DNA from: an archaeon
Lineage (GTDB): Archaea; Iainarchaeota; Iainarchaeia; Iainarchaeales; CSSED10-239
Direction: 5' to 3'
NCBI GenBank assembly: GCA_035387745.1
Contig: DAOOON010000007.1
Coordinates: 8,526-35,734 of the forward strand
DNA: 27,209 bases
A program made the position numbers and the translations under genes. Shown here one piece after another: positions 1 to 7,131 of the stretch (the first letter of the stretch is position 1; every line of letters starts with the position of its first letter). A model generated the notes under the pieces. That model saw only the letters and a list, made by a program, of their open reading frames with translations. It searched no databases and was not told the DNA's origin.

Positions 1-17
1 TTAAAAATTAGAAAATA

Positions 18-92
18 TAGCGGAGGATGGATTTGAACCATCGACCTTCGGGTTATGAGCCCGACGGGCACTCCAGGCTGCCCCACCCCGCT
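18..92 (-). tRNA. tRNA-Met (anticodon CAT), initiator-like
   Basis: The reverse complement reads AGCGGGG-TG-GGGC-AGCCTGGAGT-GCCC-G-TCGGG-CTCATAA-CCCGA-AGGTC-GATGG-TTCAAAT-CCATC-CTCCGCT-A, a clean cloverleaf with anticodon CAT. A1:U72 and three G:C pairs closing the anticodon stem are archaeal initiator hallmarks. There is no encoded CCA and no intron. Confidence 0.9.
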
Positions 93-130
93 ATTAAGCA
101 AAATATAAATAAAGAGTTTTTTTTGAAGGT

Positions 131-150
131 TATAATATATATATTATACA
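131..150 (-). promoter_or_regulatory. AT-alternating TATA-like box upstream of tRNA-Met
   Basis: tataatatatatattataca lies about 40-55 nt upstream (minus-strand sense) of the tRNA 5' end at 92. The same motif class recurs before other genes in this window. Confidence 0.3.
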
Positions 151-206
151 AAAGGAATATAAATAAATTCTATTTTGTGAATTAATTAAAAAGAAGCGCT
201 TTTTAT

Positions 207-785
207 TTAATCGCAGATATAGCCAGTTGTTTTATCGTCTATTTTATCTACTATGCCTCTTAATTTTTCTATATTTTTAGATATTGCATTTTTCTTCTTT
301 TTTAATGCACTATTTAAATTTTTAGAATCCATCATCTCTAGAGGCTTATTACAATTAGGGCACTTGAAATTATAAGCTGCTGCAACTTCAAATGGTGCCT
401 CTATACATTTCTTAGGGCAGTAAAAATAATCTCTGCCTTCCTGCTGATTAAGCGTTTCTTCTATTTTTTTAAGATTATCTATCTCACTTTCCATAACTAA
501 TTCGATTATTTTTTTAAATTTTATTTCCCAATAGAAATCAAAAAGATTTTGCTGATTTCTTACTTTTTTATAACACGCAATGCCTCTATAATGCAAGCTG
601 TTTAAAGTAGACCTAATTGTTGTAATCTTTTTCTTTAATTTTTCAGAAATTTCTTCAGGAGAAAAGGTTTTATCTGCATTGTACATTTTTAAAATTTCAG
701 GAGCTAATGGGCCAGCAATTTGCTCTAGAAATTGAGTAGTGGTTTTATCCATTAGAATTTCTTTTTTGAGCTTGTTTACTGTCAT
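207..785 (-). CDS. tfe: transcription factor E (TFE, TFIIE-alpha homolog)
   Basis: N-terminal winged-helix region (ISEKLKKKITTIRSTLNSLHYRGI) followed by a 4-Cys zinc ribbon (CPKKC...CPNC). AAGGTGA lies 9-13 nt upstream of the ATG at 785. An alternative start is at 752 (MDKTT). Confidence 0.85.
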   Translation of the reverse strand: MTVNKLKKEILMDKTTTQFLEQIAGPLAPEILKMYNADKTFSPEEISEKLKKKITTIRSTLNSLHYRGIACYKKVRNQQNLFDFYWEIKFKKIIELVMESEIDNLKKIEETLNQQEGRDYFYCPKKCIEAPFEVAAAYNFKCPNCNKPLEMMDSKNLNSALKKKKNAISKNIEKLRGIVDKIDDKTTGYICD

Positions 786-860
786 ATGCTTTTCACCTTA
801 AAAACAGAATAAAATAGAATTAAGTAAATATATTAATACCAAACTAATTATAAAGTAATA

Positions 861-1406
861 TTACTTTCTTATAATTTTTTTAAAATTATTGTCTGGCATT
901 ATCTTTAATTTACTATTATTAAATTCTTTAGATAAACAAGAAGCATCCAACAAATAAAGCACTAAGGCAAGAGCCGAAACCTCGCTATGGGGTTGGTTGC
1001 CAATTGCAATATTGTAATTTGCTAATTGAAAATATTCAGTAGGCACTTTTGCTCCTCCTACAATCAAAAGCAAATCTTTAGTTCTCTTTAGTTTTTTAAT
1101 TTCGTCTATTTTATCTTGAACCCTAAGCCCATACATCGTAAGATGAATAATTACGCCCCCATTTTCTTTAAAATTTTTAGCATAAGACAAGGCGTCTTCT
1201 ACAAATTCTATACGGTAATTGCCCCCCCAGTTCTCGTTAGTCTTGGTAATTACTGTAATTATACCAGAATCTTCTGTTCCAGAAAAGTAAAATTCATCAG
1301 CCCCAAAAGCCCTACCCACTAATGCGCAATGTGTTGTAATCCTTTTGTCTCTGTAAGGCCTGTGGTCTAAACGAAGTATATTAAGTTTATAAACATTTTG
1401 AGTCAT
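861..1406 (-). CDS. trm56: tRNA (cytidine56-2'-O)-methyltransferase aTrm56 (SPOUT family)
   Basis: LRLDHRPYRDKRITTHCALVGRAFGAD, HLTMYG, IVGGAKVP and NIAIGNQPHSEVSALA match the archaeal Trm56 pattern. I moved the start to the ATG at 1404..1406 because the longer track ORF (to 1496) runs into tRNA-Lys. Confidence 0.88.
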   Translation of the reverse strand: MTQNVYKLNILRLDHRPYRDKRITTHCALVGRAFGADEFYFSGTEDSGIITVITKTNENWGGNYRIEFVEDALSYAKNFKENGGVIIHLTMYGLRVQDKIDEIKKLKRTKDLLLIVGGAKVPTEYFQLANYNIAIGNQPHSEVSALALVLYLLDASCLSKEFNNSKLKIMPDNNFKKIIRK

Positions 1407-1426
1407 AAATATATTATACACTAATT

Positions 1427-1440
1427 GATTATATATATTT
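1427..1440. promoter_or_regulatory. quasi-palindromic TATA-like box, possibly bidirectional (trm56 leftward, tRNA cluster rightward)
   Basis: gattatatatattt sits about 29-42 nt upstream of the tRNA-Lys 5' end (1469) and about 21-34 nt upstream of the trm56 ATG (1406) on the other strand. Confidence 0.4.
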
Positions 1441-1468
1441 CGACCAATAAGAATTTTAGTGAAAATAT

Positions 1469-1542
1469 GGATCTGTAGCTCAGCTTGGTAGAGCACGGGA
1501 CTTTTAATCCCGGTGTCGAGGGTTCGAATCCCTCCAGGTTCA
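1469..1542 (+). tRNA. tRNA-Lys (anticodon TTT)
   Basis: GGATCTG-TA-GCTC-AGCTTGGTA-GAGC-A-CGGGA-CTTTTAA-TCCCG-GTGTC-GAGGG-TTCGAAT-CCCTC-CAGGTTC-A. It is a 74-nt cloverleaf with no CCA and no intron. Confidence 0.93.
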
Positions 1543-1553
1543 ATTTACCACTT

Positions 1554-1627
1554 GGGCCCGTAGCTCAGCTTGGTAGAGCACAAGACTCTTAATCTTGGTG
1601 TCGTGGGTTCAAATCCCATCGGGCTCA
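1554..1627 (+). tRNA. tRNA-Lys (anticodon CTT)
   Basis: GGGCCCG-TA-GCTC-AGCTTGGTA-GAGC-A-CAAGA-CTCTTAA-TCTTG-GTGTC-GTGGG-TTCAAAT-CCCAT-CGGGCTC-A, a 74-nt cloverleaf. Confidence 0.93.
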
Positions 1628-1642
1628 CATTGGTAAACTTTC

Positions 1643-1716
1643 GAGACTGTAGCTCAGCCTGGGAGAGCAATAGGCTGAAGACCTATGTGTCGTGGGTCCA
1701 AATCCCACCAGTCTCA
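1643..1716 (+). tRNA. tRNA-Phe (anticodon GAA)
   Basis: GAGACTG-TA-GCTC-AGCCTGGGA-GAGC-A-ATAGG-CTGAAGA-CCTAT-GTGTC-GTGGG-TCCAAAT-CCCAC-CAGTCTC-A, a 74-nt cloverleaf. Confidence 0.93.
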
Positions 1717-1745
1717 TATTTACCAATTTTCAAAGAAAAGAAATC

Positions 1746-4154
1746 ATGGATAGAAATTTAACTCCGATGATGAAACAATATCTGGAAACTAAAAAAGTTT
1801 TCCCAGACGGAATATTGCTATTTAGGGCTGGAGATTTCTATGAAATGTTCTATGATGATGCTAAAATTGCGTCTTCTATTCTTAATATTACGCTAACAAA
1901 AAGAGGTAAAGGTGAAACCGAAGCGCCATTAGCAGGTATTCCATATCACGCTCTTGATCCGTATGTTTCTAAACTAATAAAAGCAGGTAAGAAGGTCGTA
2001 ATATGCGAACAGATAGAAAATCCAAAACTAGCAAAAGGATTAGTTAAAAGGGCTGTAACAAGAATTATTACACCAAGCACTATTTTTTCAGAAACTTATG
2101 ATAATAATTATCTCTGTTCCATTGCGCGATTAAAAGATAATTACGGCTTTTCTTTAATAGATATAACAACAGGAGAATTTAAAGCAAACAACTTTGAAAG
2201 CTTTAATGAAATTTTAAATGAATTGTCTTTAATTAAACCAAAGGAGTTAATTATTACAAAAAATATATTAAATGAGAAAGAGCAAATTAATCTTTTAAAG
2301 AAAACAATTCCAAATGTAATTATAAATTATACAGATAATCTAGATTATGATTTATCAAAACAAAAGCTACAAGAACACTTTGGATTATTATTTTCATCTT
2401 TTGGTATAAACAAAGAAGAGGTTTTAATTTCTTGTTTTAATGCAATAAAATATCTTAAAGATACACAGTTTATGGAATTGTCTTATATTAATAATATAAA
2501 AGAATACAATTTAACAAAATACATTAAGATAGATAGAAAAACCGCAAACAATCTAGAAATTGTTTCAAATATTAAAGATGGGACTACAAAGAATACTCTT
2601 TTTGATATTATTAATAACACAAAAACTGCACTTGGTTATAGAAAATTATATTTTGATCTTTTACATCCTTTAACAGATAAATCAGAAATTTCAAAAATCA
2701 ACGAAGCGGTTCTTGTAATTAAAGAAAATCAGTTTTTACAAGAAGAGCTATCACAAAACCTTTCTTTTATAGGAGACTTAGAAAAAATAATTAGTAAAAT
2801 TGGTTTTGGTAATTGCAATCCTAGAGATTTAACAGGCTTAAAACAAAGTTTACAAGTAATACCAAGCATTAGAACTACACTTTCAGAAACTGCTTCTCAA
2901 AAACTTCATGAGCTTAGAGAAAAATTACAAAGCCTTGACAAGGTTGTAGATTTAATAGATTCTGCAATAGCCGATTTTCCTCCTATAAGCATTAGAGAAG
3001 GAGGTTTTATCAAGCCAAGTTATTCTAAAGAACTTTACGACATAGTAAACATAAATAAATCAACCCACACCTGGCTTTCAGAATACGAAGCAGACCTTAA
3101 ACAAAAAACAAGCCTTAAATCTTTAAAAATAAAATTCAATAAAATATTTGGATACTATATAGAAATACCTAAATCTCAAACAAACGGCATTCCTGAATAC
3201 TTTGAAAGAAAGCAAACGCTTGTTAATTGCGAGAGATATACTACTATAGAATTATCTGAAAAAGAATCTTTAGTAATGCATGCAAAAGTAAGAAGAGAAG
3301 AATTAGAGTATGATCTTTTCTTTGAAGTTTGTAAGGCCATCTTAAAATATCAAGAGCCAATTAGGGAAATCGCAAAGCAAATCGCAGAAATTGACGAAAT
3401 TTATTCATTTGCATACGTTAGTAATAAAAACAATTATAATAAACCAGAATTAAATAATTCAGATCAGCTTGAAATAAAAGATCTGAGGCATCCATTAATT
3501 GAGCAACAAACCGCATTTGTTCCAAATGATTGTATTCTTAATTCCAAAAATAAAACAATGATCATAACTGGCCCGAACATGGCTGGCAAAAGCAGTTATA
3601 TGAGAAGTGTTTGTCTTGCACTAATTATTGGACACACAGGTTGTTTTGTTCCTGCCTCTATTATTAGATTAGGTAAAATAGATGCAATCTTTACGCGTGT
3701 TGGCGCATCTGATGATATCACCCATGGCCAAAGCACTTTTCTTGTAGAAATGGCAGAAGTTGCGTACATTCTAAATAACGTTACAAAAGACAGCCTTGTA
3801 ATTCTTGATGAACTTGGTAGAGGCACAAGTACCTATGATGGCATAAGCATTGCGTGGTCTGTTGTAGAATATTTAAATGAAAAAATAGAATGTAAAACTC
3901 TTATAGCGACACATTACCATATTTTAAATAAGATGTCAGAGATATATTCCTGCATAAACAATTATCATGTTACAGCAAAAGAAGAGGGTGATAGTATTCA
4001 TTTCTATCACAAACTTCAAAAAGGCGGAATAAACAAAAGCTACGGCATACAAGTTGCAAAACTGGCAGGCATTAACAAAGAAATAATAGATAATGCTTTA
4101 AAAATCCAAAGAGATCTAGAAAACGATTCTTTTCTTAAAAATTTAGAGGCCTAA
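1746..4154 (+). CDS. mutS: DNA mismatch repair protein MutS (bacterial MutS1 type)
   Basis: N-terminal LTPMMKQY and the mismatch-recognition motif GDFYEMF (Phe-x-Glu). Also Walker A GPNMAGKSSYMR, STFLVEMAE, Walker B DELGRGTSTYDG and THYH. The start is set at ATG 1746 (MDRNL); the track start at 1692 is a GTG inside tRNA-Phe. Confidence 0.95.
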   Translation: MDRNLTPMMKQYLETKKVFPDGILLFRAGDFYEMFYDDAKIASSILNITLTKRGKGETEAPLAGIPYHALDPYVSKLIKAGKKVVICEQIENPKLAKGLVKRAVTRIITPSTIFSETYDNNYLCSIARLKDNYGFSLIDITTGEFKANNFESFNEILNELSLIKPKELIITKNILNEKEQINLLKKTIPNVIINYTDNLDYDLSKQKLQEHFGLLFSSFGINKEEVLISCFNAIKYLKDTQFMELSYINNIKEYNLTKYIKIDRKTANNLEIVSNIKDGTTKNTLFDIINNTKTALGYRKLYFDLLHPLTDKSEISKINEAVLVIKENQFLQEELSQNLSFIGDLEKIISKIGFGNCNPRDLTGLKQSLQVIPSIRTTLSETASQKLHELREKLQSLDKVVDLIDSAIADFPPISIREGGFIKPSYSKELYDIVNINKSTHTWLSEYEADLKQKTSLKSLKIKFNKIFGYYIEIPKSQTNGIPEYFERKQTLVNCERYTTIELSEKESLVMHAKVRREELEYDLFFEVCKAILKYQEPIREIAKQIAEIDEIYSFAYVSNKNNYNKPELNNSDQLEIKDLRHPLIEQQTAFVPNDCILNSKNKTMIITGPNMAGKSSYMRSVCLALIIGHTGCFVPASIIRLGKIDAIFTRVGASDDITHGQSTFLVEMAEVAYILNNVTKDSLVILDELGRGTSTYDGISIAWSVVEYLNEKIECKTLIATHYHILNKMSEIYSCINNYHVTAKEEGDSIHFYHKLQKGGINKSYGIQVAKLAGINKEIIDNALKIQRDLENDSFLKNLEA

Positions 4155-4157
4155 TAA

Positions 4158-5882
4158 ATGATTAAAAAATTAAGTCAAGAAACAATTAACTTAATAAGTG
4201 CAGGAGAAGTGATAGAATCTCCAAGCGACATATTAAAAGAATTATTAGAAAATGCAATCGATGCTTCAGCAACCGAAATAATCATTAAAATAAAAAATTC
4301 CGGAATAGATTTACTTGAGATTAAAGATAATGGTTTAGGTATATCAAAAGAAGATTTAGAAATATGCACTCAAAGGCACACTACAAGCAAGCTTGATAAT
4401 ATTAATGATCTTTATAACCTCGATACTTTTGGTTTTAGAGGAGAGGCGTTAGCTAGCATAAATGCAATCTCTCTATTAGAAATAATTTCTGCAGACAATT
4501 TAAATGGTAAGGGCAGCGTTTTTAAAGGCGGCAAGACAGTTTCCGCGGCTTGTCCAAAGGGTACAACCATAAAGGTAGAAAATATTTTCTATAATGTGCC
4601 TGTAAGAAAAAAATTTCTAAAATCAAAAGCACAGGAATTTTCAAAAGTCTACAATACGTTTTTAGAATTTGTAATTCAATATCCAGAGATTAGGTTTCAT
4701 TTTACTTCTGAAAAAAAAGAAGAGGTTTTTACCAGCACTACACAAAACAAGAGATATGAGCAAGTTTTTGGTAAAGATATTCTAACTAAAGTTAAAACAA
4801 TAGATACAAAAAATGAGTTTTTAAAAATCAAAGGAATTATTACAAAGCCAAACAATTATTTTTTTTATCCCAATAATTATCTATACATTAATAAAAGGGC
4901 AGTTTATAGTACTCAGATTAGTAAATTAATTCAGAAGTGCTATAAGGATTATTTAATGGTTCAACAAAAACCATTTTTTGTTTTATTTATAGAATTAGAT
5001 CCTAAAACCCTTGATGTTAATGTGCACCCTAAAAAAAGGCTAGTAAAGATTCAAAACGAATTTATATTTAATCTTAAACTTAAGGAAATTATTGAAAATG
5101 CACTATTTCCCAAAGGCGCCCCTGAGCAAAAGTCGGCAGACGCCCCTAGAAATTTACATTATTTCTTGGACACCAAAGAAGTACAAGAAAGCGCCGATAC
5201 ACTAAAATCAAAAATTCCTGAAATAATATATGATTTACACGAGAATAAGACGCAGGCTACAATATCTGTTCCAGAAAGCCAAACAAAAAAGGCGCATCTT
5301 TCAAATTACGAGATTAGAGAAATAATCGGGCAACTATTTGATACTTTTATTGTTTGTAAAACTCAAGAAGGCTTGCTTCTTATCGATCAGCACGCTGCAG
5401 AAGAGCGAATTAATCTTGAAAAAAATAGACATCTCTATGAATCAGAATTTAAAGTTCAGTCTTTAATGATTCCAAAGTCTCTAGATTTTATTTCTGAATC
5501 CCAAAAGGAGTTTATAAATAAAAAAAAATCTTTACTTGTAAGCCTGGGTTTTACAATAGAGCCTAAAGGCAACGGCTTTGTTCTTACAACCGTCCCTGAA
5601 TTTCTAGAGCATTATTTTGATCATATTTTTTTTCTTGAGATGCTAAATGAAATCGAAGAAACAAACAATTTTGATATATCAAGAATTAAAGAAAAAATTC
5701 TAAAATTAAAATCTTGTAAGGAATCCATAAAAGCAAACGAGCAATTATCTATCTCTCAAATATATCAACTTATTGAAAGACTAGATAAATGCAAAGACAA
5801 AAGCATCTGCGCCCACGGCAGACCAACGTACCTATTACTAAATAGAAAAGAATTAGAAAAAATGTTTAAACGTATTACCTAA
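4158..5882 (+). CDS. mutL: DNA mismatch repair protein MutL, endonuclease-proficient type
   Basis: GHKL ATPase motifs (ELLENAIDA, DNGLGI, GFRGEAL). C-terminal endonuclease motifs DQHAAEERINLE (DQHAx2Ex4E), SCK, CAHGRP and FKR, plus a clamp-binding-like QSLMIP. The gene starts 3 nt after the mutS stop. Confidence 0.95.
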   Translation: MIKKLSQETINLISAGEVIESPSDILKELLENAIDASATEIIIKIKNSGIDLLEIKDNGLGISKEDLEICTQRHTTSKLDNINDLYNLDTFGFRGEALASINAISLLEIISADNLNGKGSVFKGGKTVSAACPKGTTIKVENIFYNVPVRKKFLKSKAQEFSKVYNTFLEFVIQYPEIRFHFTSEKKEEVFTSTTQNKRYEQVFGKDILTKVKTIDTKNEFLKIKGIITKPNNYFFYPNNYLYINKRAVYSTQISKLIQKCYKDYLMVQQKPFFVLFIELDPKTLDVNVHPKKRLVKIQNEFIFNLKLKEIIENALFPKGAPEQKSADAPRNLHYFLDTKEVQESADTLKSKIPEIIYDLHENKTQATISVPESQTKKAHLSNYEIREIIGQLFDTFIVCKTQEGLLLIDQHAAEERINLEKNRHLYESEFKVQSLMIPKSLDFISESQKEFINKKKSLLVSLGFTIEPKGNGFVLTTVPEFLEHYFDHIFFLEMLNEIEETNNFDISRIKEKILKLKSCKESIKANEQLSISQIYQLIERLDKCKDKSICAHGRPTYLLLNRKELEKMFKRIT

Positions 5883-7051
5883 AATCTTACAATCCAGATA
5901 TAAACGATTATGGTTATAAATAAGAATACGCCAATTATTTCTTTTATATTGTCTGTCTTTACACTTGCTGTGATATTTGTTTTTTCTGCAGAAATTCCGT
6001 TTTCTACATCTCCTATATTGTAATATACTGTGGCATTAAATACGTGTTTGCCTGTAGAATCTATGGTTGTTTTAAATGGTATTTCTTTAACTTCGTATTT
6101 CTTAAGAGCAGATATTTGTCTTTCAGACAAGATTACTTTATTATCAAAGCTAGTTTCTATTGTTAGGTTTTTTAACTCATCTTCAGATACATTTCTGATG
6201 ATTATTTTACCATCTTGTTCTTCGTTAACATTAACATTTCTAGCAATATCAACATATACTTCAATTTTATCTAGTTTTTCTGTCATCTGTATGACTTTTT
6301 GATCTGCAAGAATAGTTTTTTCTTCTCCAAAATCATTAGTATATGTTAAAGTTGCTTGTGGTGTCCCAAAACTAATGTTTCTGTTGGTTTTTAAATAATA
6401 TTTTAATATTTTTGTTTCTCCCGGATAAATTATACCAGAATAGGAAGTTTCTCCAGATACAGTTTCTAAATTAGATATTCTCAAGAAGTTTTCATCAGCA
6501 TAATTAATTGTTACTTCTACCCCTTTTGGGCTGTTATTTTCTGCATAAATTTCAATAGGCAACAAAGTGTTGCTATGTGTCTGAGAAGCTAGAACTTTTA
6601 TATAGAATTCTTCTGGTTTTATTTCTCCTATTATATAACTACCAACCGTGCTATTGCCTGACACAATTACAATCGGCAATCCATTATTTGTTATACAAAT
6701 TTTCAAACTATTTTTTTCTTGTATCTTACCTGCTAATTTTATGCGATTTTCTTTTAGTATTTTTGCATTTTCTATTTTATTTTCAAATGTTCCATTGAAA
6801 TACACAGAAATACTAATGTTTTCTTTAACCGGAATATAGTTTTCAATTATTAAGTTAAGATACAAATCGCTATTTTCTGTTTGCTCCATTTTATCGAAAT
6901 TATAATAATTACATAGCTCTTGATCTCTTTGCACACTAAAATTATCATAATTTAAAGAAGCAAAACTTCTTTCTTCTAGCACATCTGCCCTAACAACGCC
7001 CGCAATTATAGCAATCATTAAAATAATTAGAATCAATATTTTTTTTAACAT
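5879..7051 (-). CDS. membrane-anchored extracellular protein, beta-sandwich (CARDB/S-layer-like), probably N-glycosylated
   Basis: N-terminal signal/anchor MLKKILILIILMIAIIAGVVRA and C-terminal TM IIGVFLFITIIVYIWIVRF. There are at least ten N-x-S/T sequons and beta-strand-like alternation. No specific family recognised. Confidence 0.6.
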   Translation of the reverse strand: MLKKILILIILMIAIIAGVVRADVLEERSFASLNYDNFSVQRDQELCNYYNFDKMEQTENSDLYLNLIIENYIPVKENISISVYFNGTFENKIENAKILKENRIKLAGKIQEKNSLKICITNNGLPIVIVSGNSTVGSYIIGEIKPEEFYIKVLASQTHSNTLLPIEIYAENNSPKGVEVTINYADENFLRISNLETVSGETSYSGIIYPGETKILKYYLKTNRNISFGTPQATLTYTNDFGEEKTILADQKVIQMTEKLDKIEVYVDIARNVNVNEEQDGKIIIRNVSEDELKNLTIETSFDNKVILSERQISALKKYEVKEIPFKTTIDSTGKHVFNATVYYNIGDVENGISAEKTNITASVKTDNIKEIIGVFLFITIIVYIWIVRF

Positions 7052-7070
7052 AGTAAATCACATTAAACTG

Positions 7071-7090
7071 ATTATATATAATATATATAC
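7071..7090 (-). promoter_or_regulatory. TATA-like box for the 390-aa envelope gene
   Basis: attatatataatatatatac lies 20-39 nt upstream of the ATG at 7051 (minus sense), which would give a very short or absent 5' UTR. Confidence 0.4.
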
Positions 7091-7131
7091 ATTTTATTTA
7101 AATATCTTACCTTTAAAGAAATAGCAAAGAA

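Noticed and set aside
1407-1496. N-terminal extension of the trm56 ORF (the track gives 861..1496)
   Set aside because: The extension runs antisense through tRNA-Lys(UUU) and the promoter-like box. The conserved Trm56 sequence begins right after the internal ATG at 1406.
1692-1745. GTG-initiated 18-aa extension of mutS
   Set aside because: It starts inside tRNA-Phe. The conserved MutS N-terminus (LTPMMKQY) follows the ATG at 1746.
1570-1761. 63-aa plus-strand ORF
   Set aside because: It lies entirely over tRNA-Lys(CUU), tRNA-Phe and the spacers. It is an artefact of the GC-richer tRNA sequence.
3596-3826. Antisense or alternative-frame ORFs inside long genes: 1116..1322, 3596..3826, 4175..4369, 6030..6302, 6577..6839, 8645..8827, 9317..9505, 11046..11228, 11287..11469, 11670..11882, 12726..12959, 13397..13666, 14325..14519, 14930..15124, 15407..15643, 16629..16955, 17906..18118, 19283..19465, 22426..22617, 23273..23637, 23915..24232
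   Set aside because: All are nested in, or opposite to, ORFs with strong homology-type evidence. They have low-complexity or hydrophobic shadow-ORF composition and no recognisable motifs.
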